Shown here: one piece after another, positions 10,055 through 19,724 of the stretch
Position numbering within the stretch: position 1 is the stretch's first letter
Layout of the letters: each line of letters starts with the position of its first letter
Origin: an uncultured delta proteobacterium
Lineage (GTDB): Bacteria; Desulfobacterota; Binatia; Binatales; Binataceae
DNA: 64,000 bases
NCBI GenBank assembly: GCA_963836955.1
Contig: CAWILO010000004.1
Coordinates: 152,916-216,915 of the forward strand
Direction: 5' to 3'
Notes under the pieces: model-generated
Databases searched by the model: none
The model's input: only the letters and a program-made list of their open reading frames with translations
Told to the model about the DNA's origin: nothing
Made by a program: the position numbers and the translations under genes

Positions 10055-10102
10055 ACTTGTCGCATCTCGAAATCTTCAGTTAACTAGTAGGAGTAATGAC
10101 TA

Positions 10103-10282
10103 ATGAATGGAACAACAGATAAAATTAAGGGGCGCGTCGAAGAAGCGGTTGGCGTATTGACTAATGATCGCAAGTTGAAAAATCGTGGGAAGATGGATCA
10201 GGCTGCCGGCAACGTCAAAGATGTTATCGGGAGCACAATCGACAAGGCGATTTCGGCTGTCAAAAAGAGCGACAAGCGGTAG
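10103..10282 (+). CDS. CsbD-family stress response protein (small ORF not in six-frame track)
   Basis: 59-aa ORF MNGTTDKIKGRVEEAVGVLTNDRKLKNRGKMDQAAGNVKDVIGSTIDKAISAVKKSDKR. Preceded by AGGAG 8 nt upstream. DKxKG...G.LT.D repeat pattern is typical of CsbD/YjbJ. Confidence 0.65.
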   Translation: MNGTTDKIKGRVEEAVGVLTNDRKLKNRGKMDQAAGNVKDVIGSTIDKAISAVKKSDKR

Positions 10283-10371
10283 TCTAGAAGCTCTTTCGGC
10301 GCACTGTTTTAGAGGGAGAACGCGGGAGCGTGGCGCAACCGAGCAGGCTATCGAGCACCGCAATCGGCCTG

Positions 10372-10950
10372 ATGGCGTTTCTGCCGTGGCTCGTCTTTGG
10401 CTTCGCTTCCGGCTTCAATCACTGGCGCGTCGCAGCCGGCGGCGGCTTGATTCTGTGCCTCATATGTCTCGCCGTGACGATACGCCGTGGCAGCTCGATC
10501 AAGCTGATGGACGCGACCACGCTCGCCTTCTTCGTGATCGTGTCAATCCTTACGATAGGCCTGCGCTCGACCGAGTTCCCTCGATATAACGCCGTGGTGG
10601 TCTGGTCGTGCTTCGCGATTGCCTCGTGGAGTCCGGTCGCGATCGGCCGTCCGTTCACCGTCGCGTATGCTCGCGAGAACGCGCCGCCTGAATTCTGGGA
10701 ACATCCGGTATTCCTGCGGCTCAACCTCGTGATGACTCTTTTCTGGTGCGGATTGATGACCGTCAACGTTGGCATCGCATCGATCGGCGTGATCGTCGGC
10801 GGAATCTTCGGCAGGGTGGTGCTGGGGTTCGCGGTCCCGATGGCGTTGCTGATGTCCGGCTTCGTTTTCAACAAGCGGTTCCCCGCCCGCTACCTGGCGC
10901 GTTCGGGATTCCAACCTCCTGCGCCCAGCCCGAAGGCTTCCACCGCTTAG
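10372..10950 (+). CDS. hypothetical integral membrane protein
   Basis: About 5 predicted TM segments. Start chosen at MAFLPWLVFG. No family assignment. Confidence 0.45.
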   Translation: MAFLPWLVFGFASGFNHWRVAAGGGLILCLICLAVTIRRGSSIKLMDATTLAFFVIVSILTIGLRSTEFPRYNAVVVWSCFAIASWSPVAIGRPFTVAYARENAPPEFWEHPVFLRLNLVMTLFWCGLMTVNVGIASIGVIVGGIFGRVVLGFAVPMALLMSGFVFNKRFPARYLARSGFQPPAPSPKASTA

Positions 10951-11113
10951 CTGTCACAAAAATTACTCCCCGCATTCGCGCACTTGGGGCGGCCGCGCAG
11001 GTGGACGTTGACCTGCGGTTGCGTGCACAATCGGAACCGCCAAAATGCGTGATGCTAGATCGGGATATGCGTCGAGTAACTGGAACAGTGACAAGTTGAG
11101 GCGTCGAAACTAG

Positions 11114-13372
11114 GTGTGGTCTTCCAGGAAGCTTATTGTCTCGCTCGCGACCGTGGTCCTTCTTTGCATCAGCACCGCCTTCGGCGCGCCTGCGCTAGAC
11201 GAGGCCGCACTCGAACGCAACTTCGACGCGCTCATTCAGCCGTCCGAAATGCGCGACTGGATGAAGCTGCTAGCCTCCCAGCCGAATCATGTAAGCTCGC
11301 CGCACGACAAGGCCAACGCCGACCAGATCCTCGCCTGGTTTAAGGACTGGGGCTGGGACGCGCACATCGAGACGTTCTGGGTGCTCTATCCTAAGCCCGT
11401 AAGCGAGACCTTGGAGTTAGTCGCTCCGCAAAAGTTTACCGCCACCTTGCAGGAGCCGCCGATCCCCGGCGATTCCAGCGCGACCGCCACCGATCCCGCG
11501 CTGCCCGCTTACGTCGCTTACCAGGGCGACGGCGACGTCACCGCCGGCCTCGTTTACGTCAATTATGGGATGCTCGACGACTACAAGATGCTCCAGCGCC
11601 TGGGCGTCAGCGTAAAGGGCAAGATCGTGATTGCGCGCTATGGTTCCGGATGGCGCGGGTTGAAGCCCAAGCTCGCCTACGATCACGGCGCGATCGGATG
11701 CCTCATCTATTCCGACCCTGCGCAGGACGGCTATTCGATCGATGAGACCTATCCTAACGGTCCTATGCGTCCACCGCACGGTGTGCAGCGCGGCTCGGTG
11801 CTCGATATGGGTCTCTATCCAGGCGATCCTCTAACGCCTGGCATAGGTGCCACCAAGGACGCCAAACGCCTGAACAGGTCCGACGCACCGACTATCATGA
11901 AGATTCCGACGCTTCCCATCTCGTATGCCGACGCGCAGGTCTTTCTCGCGGCGCTCGGAGGTCCTGTCGCACCACAAAATTGGCGCGGCGCGCTACCAAT
12001 CACCTACCATGTTGGACCCGGGCCTGCGCTGGTACATCTGGCGGTTAAGTCTGATTGGCAGCTACAGCCGATCTATGACGTCATCGCGATGCTGAAGGGC
12101 TCGACCTGGCCCGACCAGTGGGTTGTGCGCGGTAATCATCACGACGGCTGGGTCTTCGGCGCCACGGATCCGCTGTCGGGACAAGTTGCGCTGCTGGCGG
12201 AGGCCAAGGCTTTCGGCGGTCTCGCCAGGCAGGGATGGCAGCCCAAGCGCACGATCGTCTATACGAGTTGGGACGCCGAAGAGCCGATGCTCGTGGGTTC
12301 GACCGAATGGGCGGAGGAGCACGCGGCCGAACTCAAGAAGAAAGCAGTCCTATACATAAACTCCGACTCCAACGAACGGGGCTTTCTAGGTGTCGGTGGC
12401 AGCCACGACTTCCAGCATCTCGTGAACCAGGTTGCCGCCGACGTAATCGATCCTGAGTCCGGCGTTTCCATAGGTCAGCGTCTGCGCGCGAAAATGCGCA
12501 TAGCCGCCCTCGCACCCACTGCCAACGAGCACGCCAGGGCCGAAGCTAAGATCGCCGCAGATGCGGACAAGGACCTCCCCATCGAAGCGCTCGGGTCGGG
12601 CTCCGACTTTTCAACGTTTCTCGATCACTTAGGAGTGCCGGTGCTCGATGTCGGCTTCTACGAGGAGGGCCATTCCGGCGGCGTCTATCATTCTCGCTAT
12701 GACACCTTCGAGCATCACAGCCGCTTCGTCGATCCGGGTTTCGTGTATGACGCGATGCTGGCGAAAACGGTCGGCCGCATAGTGCTGCGCGTCGCCGACG
12801 CCGGCCTTCCCGTCCAAAACGCGAGTGCCTTCGCCAACGCGGTCTCGGACTATCTCGATCAGGTGAAGAAGCTCGCCGATGACGAGCGCGACGAGGCCGA
12901 GTCTCAAGCCAAACTATTGCACGACCGCGCGTTCCAGCTCGCCGCCGATCCTACCAAGTCGAGCGGCCTTCCCACCACGCTCGACCGCGTCCCGCACCTC
13001 GAGTTCGCGAGCCTTGAGGATGCCGTCGATCGTCTCAAGCGCAGCGCCAAGGCCTATGACGATGCGCTGGCGAAGAACGGCTCACACCTGTCCGGCTCTC
13101 AGATCGCGCAAGTGCAAGCACTTATATTGAACATCGATCAGACTCTGGCCCCCGAGAACGTCGGCCTGCCCGGACGGACCTGGTACAAGAATTTGATCTA
13201 CGCACCCGGCCGCTACACCGGCTACGAAGCCAAGACACTCCCCGGAGTTCGCGAAGCGATCGAGGATCGCCGATGGTCCGACGCCAACCGCTACGCCAAA
13301 CTAACCGCCGACGCGCTAAACGCCTACAGCGACCGCCTGAGCCAGGCCACAACCGTCCTCAACGGCAGCTAG
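11114..13372 (+). CDS. M28-family peptidase, glutamate carboxypeptidase II / transferrin-receptor-like, secreted
   Basis: 752 aa with GTG start and a signal peptide (LLCISTAFGAPA). It has a PA domain, the M28 zinc-site region (GNHHDGW..., SWDAEE) and a TFR-like dimerisation C-terminus. Confidence 0.85.
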   Translation: MWSSRKLIVSLATVVLLCISTAFGAPALDEAALERNFDALIQPSEMRDWMKLLASQPNHVSSPHDKANADQILAWFKDWGWDAHIETFWVLYPKPVSETLELVAPQKFTATLQEPPIPGDSSATATDPALPAYVAYQGDGDVTAGLVYVNYGMLDDYKMLQRLGVSVKGKIVIARYGSGWRGLKPKLAYDHGAIGCLIYSDPAQDGYSIDETYPNGPMRPPHGVQRGSVLDMGLYPGDPLTPGIGATKDAKRLNRSDAPTIMKIPTLPISYADAQVFLAALGGPVAPQNWRGALPITYHVGPGPALVHLAVKSDWQLQPIYDVIAMLKGSTWPDQWVVRGNHHDGWVFGATDPLSGQVALLAEAKAFGGLARQGWQPKRTIVYTSWDAEEPMLVGSTEWAEEHAAELKKKAVLYINSDSNERGFLGVGGSHDFQHLVNQVAADVIDPESGVSIGQRLRAKMRIAALAPTANEHARAEAKIAADADKDLPIEALGSGSDFSTFLDHLGVPVLDVGFYEEGHSGGVYHSRYDTFEHHSRFVDPGFVYDAMLAKTVGRIVLRVADAGLPVQNASAFANAVSDYLDQVKKLADDERDEAESQAKLLHDRAFQLAADPTKSSGLPTTLDRVPHLEFASLEDAVDRLKRSAKAYDDALAKNGSHLSGSQIAQVQALILNIDQTLAPENVGLPGRTWYKNLIYAPGRYTGYEAKTLPGVREAIEDRRWSDANRYAKLTADALNAYSDRLSQATTVLNGS

Positions 13373-13473
13373 CTCTTGCTATCGAACTTTGACGGCAAGT
13401 GACAAGAGTGCGCCTGTTAAGTGGGGTATCGGGGAAACTTAAGAGGGATTCTGATCTATCCGGGAGGAGAATC

Positions 13474-13737
13474 ATGCTGCGAAAAGTACGCAATACTCGT
13501 TGGATCGCAAGCGCATCGGGACTGCTCGTCATGGCCGCAGGGATTTCCGCATGCTCGATGTTCTCGGCGTCGAATGTACCAATCGATTGCGACGTCGTGA
13601 AAACGCAATTGCAGGCGGGGCAGACCGACGATCAGATCGCTTCTAACTTGAGTACCACGCCGGACAAGGTCGCCGCCTGCCACGGTCCGGCGACCGAGGG
13701 TAACAAAACTACGATCGTCCCTGAAAAGGGATACTGA
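13474..13737 (+). CDS. small putative lipoprotein
   Basis: GGGAGGAG RBS upstream of ATG. Signal with lipobox-like LVMAAGISAC. 87 aa. Confidence 0.4.
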   Translation: MLRKVRNTRWIASASGLLVMAAGISACSMFSASNVPIDCDVVKTQLQAGQTDDQIASNLSTTPDKVAACHGPATEGNKTTIVPEKGY

Positions 13738-13770
13738 TCGGCAACGGAATCACGACCGACCGGCACTTGC

Positions 13771-14226
13771 CTATTTGTGTTCGCCTTCGGGCAGGTTGAC
13801 GGTCGATTTGGATCCGTGGTCCAGGACAAAGAGAACAAGTATCGTCGCCGGCTTGCTCGTGCTCGCGTTCCTGCAGATCACGTGATGCTCGTATGGTTGC
13901 TCGACCCACGACTGACCGGCTCGATAAGTCTTTTTCGATTGCCCATCGAGCTGCGAGACCATTTCGCCATCCGTCACATACACAAACGTATAACCGGGAT
14001 GGATGTGCGGAGGATCGCCGACTCCCGGCGCATATTCGACAGTCATCAGCACGATGTCTTTAGGAGGCTTGCTGTCCGAAGTCTTCTGAAACAGGATCGT
14101 TTCCTTCTCTCCCTCCGGAGTAGCCTCCGACGCCGCAGTCTCCGCGTATCCAGCCACCGAGATTGCGAGGAGTAAAAGGCCCACGAGCACGAGATGAACG
14201 GACCTGATCAGCCGCGGAACGCGCAT
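13771..14226 (-). CDS. secreted cupin-domain protein
   Basis: Start at MRVPRLIRS with a signal peptide. Cupin core HIHPGYTFVYVTDGE. Stop of the upstream AraC gene is 1 nt away. Confidence 0.65.
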   Translation of the reverse strand: MRVPRLIRSVHLVLVGLLLLAISVAGYAETAASEATPEGEKETILFQKTSDSKPPKDIVLMTVEYAPGVGDPPHIHPGYTFVYVTDGEMVSQLDGQSKKTYRAGQSWVEQPYEHHVICRNASTSKPATILVLFVLDHGSKSTVNLPEGEHK

Positions 14227-14227
14227 A

Positions 14228-15202
14228 TCAACCCGCGACTGGTTCGAGCCGATCGGCGCGGGCAGCTTCACCCTCGCTATGCGATAGAGAAGCCGGGCTC
14301 CTGCCCCTGCTATATTGCCGCGGCGAACAGCCCATCACCCTCTTGAAGGCTGTGCTGAAGGCGCTTTCGGATTCGTAGCCGAGCGAGAGCGCAATCACGG
14401 AAATGGGATCCTTGGAATTCACCAGCCTGTCCCCGGCCAACAGCATTCTCCAGCGCGTCAGGTATTCCATGGGTGACGTGCCAACCGTCTCTTTGAATTT
14501 CAGGGCAAAGGTCGATCGCGACATGCCCGCCCGCGTCGCCAGCTCCTCTACTGTCCAGCGATGCGCCGGATCGTCATGCATTGAACTGATTGCCGCGCTC
14601 ATCTGTTTATCCGCCAGGGCGAAGAGCCACCCAACTCCTCCTCTCAACCCTTCCGCCAGATGCAGCCGCAGGGCCTGCACCAGCATCATGTAGGCTATCT
14701 GTTGTGCGACCAGAAAGCTGCCCGGCTGCCGCTCGCGCAGCTCCTCCATCATCCGCTCCAGCGACCAGCGCATCGCCGCCTTGTCCGATTCTTTCCGGAT
14801 ATGCACGATCGGCGGCAGCATCCCCAACAGGATGCCGGCATGCTTGCCGGTAAGAGCGAAGTGTCCGCCGACAATAAAGCAATCCCCGCCTCCATTGAAC
14901 GTGGCGACGCCACTATCTCGCCTGGCCGATAAAATCGTTTGGTAGTCGATAGGAGTCAGACTTAGATCGGTTGCAAGGCGAAATGGCGACCCACTCGCGA
15001 GGATAAAGCAGTCTCCCGCCTCCAGCCGTACCGCGTCGGGAACGCCCTCCACCGACAGCCAGCCCTGGCCAGAAACCAGCGCGTAGCATTTGATGCCTTC
15101 ATGCTGGGGGAACTGGACGGACAACTGCCCTCCCACATCAAAGCCACCCGACGAATAACTGCGCGGCTTCAGCAGCGACAGCACATCTGAAAGTGGATCC
15201 AT
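14228..15202 (-). CDS. AraC-family transcriptional regulator with N-terminal cupin-like sensor domain
   Basis: C-terminal double HTH (RWTVEELATRAGMSRSTFALKFKETVGTSPMEYLTRWR). 324 aa. Confidence 0.85.
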   Translation of the reverse strand: MDPLSDVLSLLKPRSYSSGGFDVGGQLSVQFPQHEGIKCYALVSGQGWLSVEGVPDAVRLEAGDCFILASGSPFRLATDLSLTPIDYQTILSARRDSGVATFNGGGDCFIVGGHFALTGKHAGILLGMLPPIVHIRKESDKAAMRWSLERMMEELRERQPGSFLVAQQIAYMMLVQALRLHLAEGLRGGVGWLFALADKQMSAAISSMHDDPAHRWTVEELATRAGMSRSTFALKFKETVGTSPMEYLTRWRMLLAGDRLVNSKDPISVIALSLGYESESAFSTAFKRVMGCSPRQYSRGRSPASLSHSEGEAARADRLEPVAG

Positions 15203-15216
15203 GGCTCTCTTTCCAA

Positions 15217-16200
15217 CTATGAGTTCACGTGCTCAGCGAGGGATGCAAGCCGCGCTATCAGCCCTACCGCATTGTCCCGGTAAATGCGCTCGCGATCCTT
15301 CTCGCTGAAAAACTCGCTCGATTCGAGCTGCTGATTGGTACCTAGGACTACCGAGTCAGGGGCCCAGGGCCAATCGCTCCCATAGACAATATGCGAAGTG
15401 TCGGAAATCTGTAGCAACGATGAGAGCGTGTGCTTCGATCCGGCTAAAGCTGTGTCGTAATACAGCCTGCGCAGGTAAGACATCGCGTCTCCTTTAATCG
15501 CAGGCTCTCGCGCGATTGCGCCGCCAACCCTCGTGATCCTTTCGGCCAAGATTGGCAGCGCGCCACCATTGTGCGGAACGATAATTCGAATGTCCGGGCA
15601 CCTCTCGAGCGTTCCGCTGAAAATCAGGTTCGTCACCGCACGCGTAGTATCGAATGGGAACTCGATCATCGGCCGCGCATAGCCCATTGCACAGTCCTTC
15701 CAGCAACTAGGCGAGGTGGGATGAATGAAGATCACCGTTTTGCGGCGATTCAGCTCATCGAAGATCGGATCGAACTTCTTATCACCTGGATAGGTGCCTC
15801 CAGCATTTGTCTTGAGTGCTATTCCGTCCGCGTGAAGGACATCGATCGCATAGGCTAGCTCTTCGAGCGATCCCTCAACGTCAGGCATCGGTAGTTCAGC
15901 GAAGAGTCCGAAACGTGTCGGAAATTTCGCGACGGTGTCAGCCCCCGACTCATTGACCCTCCGAGCAAGTCGTCTGCCGGCTGCGTCGTCGCCGTAATGC
16001 ACCCCCGGCGACGAAATCGATAGCACTCCGGTAGCGATTCCAAGCTTGTCGTAGGTCTCCAACGCTCTTTCAGGACTCCATTCCGGGTAACCTCGCATAC
16101 CGTCAGGATGGACAATCCCCGCTCCACGCAGTTCATCCGCGTAGCCGGGAGGCAGGTAGTGTGCATGTACATCAATCTTGCCAGTAAGGTCTGATTTCAT
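15217..16200 (-). CDS. amidohydrolase-2 family (ACMSD-like decarboxylase/hydratase)
   Basis: Start at MKSDLTGKIDVHAHYLPP (metal-binding HxH). Conserved HPTSP and DxD blocks. The ORF track's N-terminal extension is rejected. Confidence 0.8.
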   Translation of the reverse strand: MKSDLTGKIDVHAHYLPPGYADELRGAGIVHPDGMRGYPEWSPERALETYDKLGIATGVLSISSPGVHYGDDAAGRRLARRVNESGADTVAKFPTRFGLFAELPMPDVEGSLEELAYAIDVLHADGIALKTNAGGTYPGDKKFDPIFDELNRRKTVIFIHPTSPSCWKDCAMGYARPMIEFPFDTTRAVTNLIFSGTLERCPDIRIIVPHNGGALPILAERITRVGGAIAREPAIKGDAMSYLRRLYYDTALAGSKHTLSSLLQISDTSHIVYGSDWPWAPDSVVLGTNQQLESSEFFSEKDRERIYRDNAVGLIARLASLAEHVNS

Positions 16201-16220
16201 AGTCACTAATCCAATTAATC

Positions 16221-16286
16221 CAGTGGGGCGGGCCGCCGTGCCCAGTGGGGCGGGCCGCCGTGCCCAGTGGGGCGGGCCGCCGTGCC
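16221..16286. repeat. perfect 3 x 22-bp direct tandem repeat (CAGTGGGGCGGGCCGCCGTGCC) in divergent promoter region
   Basis: Read directly. Three identical head-to-tail copies lie between the amidohydrolase start (16200, -) and the epimerase start (16425, +). Confidence 0.9.
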
Positions 16287-16424
16287 CGCCGAATGTGCGA
16301 GCATCATCCCGGACGATCACGAAGATAATACGGACTCTACAGCATAGATTGTATTGCCTCCAGCGCTTATCTTGACAATAACGCGGCCGCACACGCGGTC
16401 ATGAAACGAAGTTAAGGAGAAATC

Positions 16425-17309
16425 GTGATGCGTGTCTTCGTCACTGGTGCCACAGGATTTATCGGCGCTGCCCTTGTCCACGAGCTAATCAACGCCGGCC
16501 ATCAGGTGCTCGGTCTTGCGCGCTCAGATGCGGGCGCCAAATCGCTGGTCGCCGCGGGCGCGCAAGTGCATCGCGGCGATCTTGATGACCTCGAAAGCCT
16601 GCGCAGTGGAGCAGCCATATCGGATGGCGTGATTCACCTCGCCTTCAATCACGACTTCTCGAAGTACGTCGAGAACTGTCAGGCAGACAGGCATGCTATC
16701 GAGGCGCTCGGCTCGGTGCTCGTTGGATCAGACCGGCCGCTGGTCGTTACCTCGGGCACCGCGGTGGCCTTCGTTCCGGGCCGCGTCGCAACCGAAGACG
16801 ATCCGCCCGTGCCCAGCTCGATGATGCCGCGCAGCGCTTCGGAAGAAGCTGCTACCGAGATGGTATCGCGGGGCGTGCGCGCGACGGCGATGCGCCTGCC
16901 GCAGGTCCACAACCGGCTCAAGCATGGCCTCATCACTCCCCTGATCGAGATAGCCCGCGCGAAGGGCGTCTCGGCGTACGTCGGCGACGGGCGCAACCGA
17001 TGGCCCGCGGCTCACTTGCTCGATACCGCGCGGCTATACCGGCTGGCGCTCGAAAAGGGCCTTGCAGGAGAACGCTTTAACGCGGTCGCCGAAGAAGGCG
17101 TGCCGCTGCGGGAAATCGCTGAAGCAGTAGGCCGGCGCATCAACGTGCCGGTCGTCTCAAAAACCCCCGAAGAGGCCTCCGAACATTTCGGCTGGCTCGC
17201 GTTCTTCGTGGGTAACGACGCTCCTGCCTCAAGCGCGAGAACGCAGGAACGCCTGGGATGGCGCCCAACGCAAACCGGCCTCATCGCCGACCTCGAGCAT
17301 CCAGAGTAA
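16425..17309 (+). CDS. NAD(P)-dependent epimerase/dehydratase family (atypical SDR, NmrA-like)
   Basis: RBS AAGGAGA upstream. VFVTGATGFIGAALV Rossmann motif. 294 aa. Confidence 0.8.
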   Translation: MMRVFVTGATGFIGAALVHELINAGHQVLGLARSDAGAKSLVAAGAQVHRGDLDDLESLRSGAAISDGVIHLAFNHDFSKYVENCQADRHAIEALGSVLVGSDRPLVVTSGTAVAFVPGRVATEDDPPVPSSMMPRSASEEAATEMVSRGVRATAMRLPQVHNRLKHGLITPLIEIARAKGVSAYVGDGRNRWPAAHLLDTARLYRLALEKGLAGERFNAVAEEGVPLREIAEAVGRRINVPVVSKTPEEASEHFGWLAFFVGNDAPASSARTQERLGWRPTQTGLIADLEHPE

Positions 17310-17401
17310 TTCGAAGGCCACAACAGATACGATACAAGGCCTGAACGGACAGCGACCCACGGCGACCGCGCAACGCTCCAGCGGTCGTTAAGAATCAGGC
17401 T

Positions 17402-17911
17402 TCACACACCTGCCCGCCGCCGGCTTGAGGCTTCTGTCTTATGCAAATAGCTCGTAAACCCATCGCCCGGCGGCGCGATCGAGTTTTGCATCATGATCAA
17501 ACTGATTTGCCCCCGATGGTATTCGCCATGAACTGTCACGTGCGTCAGCATTTCTTCCCGTGACATGCGGCCCGGCAAGCCATCGGTAAATGTAAAGTCG
17601 ATACGCTCGCCCAACCGTGCTTCATCCAGAAGCGATACATAGTTGATATACCACTGATCGTTGGTCTTGATCGCCGCCGACAATTCTTCCAGCGATGGCG
17701 CCTGGCCTGCGTTGGGCGAGGTGTATCCGTGCTCAGTTCCCGTCAAGTTCGCAGCGAAGATCCGGTCGACAGCATAAGTGTGGTTGAGGACTCTGACGGC
17801 GATCTCCTTTGCAGCAGAGGCATCGTCAAATTGTCGCATTGCCGTAAGAATCTCTTCGTTGGCCTTTGCCTTGTAGCTGAAGACCCGTTCTAGCGTGCTG
17901 ACTTGATCCAT
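17402..17911 (-). CDS. DinB/YfiT-like damage-inducible family protein
   Basis: HGEYHRGQ metal-binding motif near the C-terminus. 169 aa. Confidence 0.8.
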   Translation of the reverse strand: MDQVSTLERVFSYKAKANEEILTAMRQFDDASAAKEIAVRVLNHTYAVDRIFAANLTGTEHGYTSPNAGQAPSLEELSAAIKTNDQWYINYVSLLDEARLGERIDFTFTDGLPGRMSREEMLTHVTVHGEYHRGQISLIMMQNSIAPPGDGFTSYLHKTEASSRRRAGV

Positions 17912-17954
17912 CTTCTTTCTCCCGATTGAGATAATAGCGAACTCGCCCTCTTAG

Positions 17955-18105
17955 GAGGCTCTGCGTAACCGGCCCGGCCGTCTGTCTCCTCGCCTGTTAG
18001 GGCGAGAATGAAGGTGCGGGTCCTTGTGCAGCGCGCTCTTTTCCGCGCGATTCAGGATTCTGCCTCCGCTCTGAACACGCACGCCCGGGTTACCCAAAGC
18101 TCTGC
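17955..18105 (+). repeat. copy A of ~175-bp structured intergenic repeat (MITE/REP-like)
   Basis: About 85% identical to the reverse complement of 37936..38112. Shares the internal hairpin CTCGCC(C)TGTTAGGGCGAG and the GAAGGTG(C/A)GGGTCCTTGT block. Confidence 0.6.
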
Positions 18106-18123
18106 TCTAAGGGATCATTTCCA

Positions 18124-18906
18124 TCACACTGATTGCGAAGGCTTCCTCGCGGTCACGGTGCGCGCAGGAGGAAACGTCCAGAAACTGAGACCGGAGATTT
18201 CCACATCGATCATATCCGACTTGCGCAACTCGTCGGCGTAGAGGTCGGCGCCATGGAGGTCGGAAATCGCCACCTGGCCGCCTTGCTTGAGGGTGCGCAC
18301 GATTTCACGGATGGCTTCGCGGCGTCCTTCGCCGCTGGTAATGTTGTGGATGGCGAAGTGTGCGACGGTGGCGTCGAAACTGCCGTCGGCGAAGGGCATT
18401 TTGCGCATGTCGCCGTCATCAACGCTGACTCGCTGCGCGACTCCCTCCAGCGCGGCATTTCTTAGCGTGGCTTCACGCGAATTGTCCGACTGCTGCCACT
18501 GCGACCACAGATCGATGCCTACCGCGCGACCTCGCGGCACCAGCTTTGCCGCGGCGATGAGCAGGAGCCCGTGCCCACAACCGACATCGAGCACGGTTTC
18601 GTCTCCGCGGAGCTTCAAGCGCGCCAGGATACGGTCGCGTGCGTGGAGTTTACCGAAGCGACTGCTGGCGAACATGAGAGTCGCGAGGATCAAAAAGCAA
18701 AAGCCAGAAATTTGAAGCGTGTAAGCCAGGCCGAGGTGCCGGCTCGAAGTCCATACGAGAACGAAACCAATGATCGCTCCCGCGAGGCCGAGGACGAACA
18801 TCGCGTAAACGGCTGCACCCGCATCGAGACCATAGTCCGGCGCTTGTCTGCTCATGACCCTGCTACCTGCTTGTGTGGACATCGTCGTGACTTGCGTTTT
18901 CATCAT
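18124..18906 (-). CDS. membrane-anchored class I SAM-dependent methyltransferase
   Basis: Two N-terminal TM helices, then VLDVGCGHGLL motif I and a DxHG-containing fold. 260 aa. Confidence 0.7.
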   Translation of the reverse strand: MMKTQVTTMSTQAGSRVMSRQAPDYGLDAGAAVYAMFVLGLAGAIIGFVLVWTSSRHLGLAYTLQISGFCFLILATLMFASSRFGKLHARDRILARLKLRGDETVLDVGCGHGLLLIAAAKLVPRGRAVGIDLWSQWQQSDNSREATLRNAALEGVAQRVSVDDGDMRKMPFADGSFDATVAHFAIHNITSGEGRREAIREIVRTLKQGGQVAISDLHGADLYADELRKSDMIDVEISGLSFWTFPPARTVTARKPSQSV

Positions 18907-18962
18907 CGATAAAATACAAGTGATCGCTCACAATTGTAAACTCGCATTCCGAGGCTCGTGCG

Positions 18963-19589
18963 ATGGCGCAAAAACCGCAAACAAACCCCAGAAAATCCGC
19001 CTCTCAAGAGCGATCGCGTCTAACCGTCGATGCCCTTCTCGAAGCGACTGCTCGCATTCTGATGAAAGAAGGTTATGACCGGACGAGCACCAACCGGATC
19101 GCCGAGCTGGCCGGCGTCAGTATCGGCTCGCTCTACCAGTACTTCCCGAGCAAGGAGGCGCTGGTAGCGGCTGTTATTGACCGTCATACACAAGAAATTT
19201 CCGGGGTGACGCGCAAGGCCCTGCTCAAGGCGGCTGCGCTCCCGCTCGAGGCCGCGGCGCGCGAATTCGTTTCAGTTGCAATCGACGCTCACCGCGTCAA
19301 TCCCAAGCTGCATGGCGTCCTTGCGGAACAGATCCCGCGCGTCGGGCGGCTCGAAAACATCGAGGCAAATATCCGAGACGGTTATGCACTGGTCCGGGGC
19401 TATCTCGAGGCGCATCGCGATGAGATCGACGTCGCCGACCTCGATCTCGCGGCCTTCGTCCTGGTGACTGTCGTGGAGGCGCTGACCCACGCAGCAGTCC
19501 TGCGCCGCCCAGACATCCTCACCGGCGACAAAGCAAGACACTTTGTGGACGACGTAACCCGCCTGGTAGTCCGCTACCTGAAAGCCTAG
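18963..19589 (+). CDS. TetR/AcrR family transcriptional regulator
   Basis: N-terminal HTH (GYDRTSTNRIAELAGVSIGSLYQYFPSKEAL). Divergent from the methyltransferase gene. Confidence 0.85.
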   Translation: MAQKPQTNPRKSASQERSRLTVDALLEATARILMKEGYDRTSTNRIAELAGVSIGSLYQYFPSKEALVAAVIDRHTQEISGVTRKALLKAAALPLEAAAREFVSVAIDAHRVNPKLHGVLAEQIPRVGRLENIEANIRDGYALVRGYLEAHRDEIDVADLDLAAFVLVTVVEALTHAAVLRRPDILTGDKARHFVDDVTRLVVRYLKA

Positions 19590-19724
19590 GTCCCGCCAAC
19601 GCCCCTTCAGCAAAGGCCAACAATTCGCCCGCTCGCGCTGACCGTTTGTGTCCGCCATTTGTCGGTCGCCGTTGCTCTGGTAAACCCATTTCGACGATTG
19701 AGTTTTGAATAAAACGGAAATCGC

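Noticed and set aside
16221-16286. Possible CRISPR array
   Set aside because: The repeats are contiguous with no spacers, only three copies and no cas genes. It is a simple tandem repeat.
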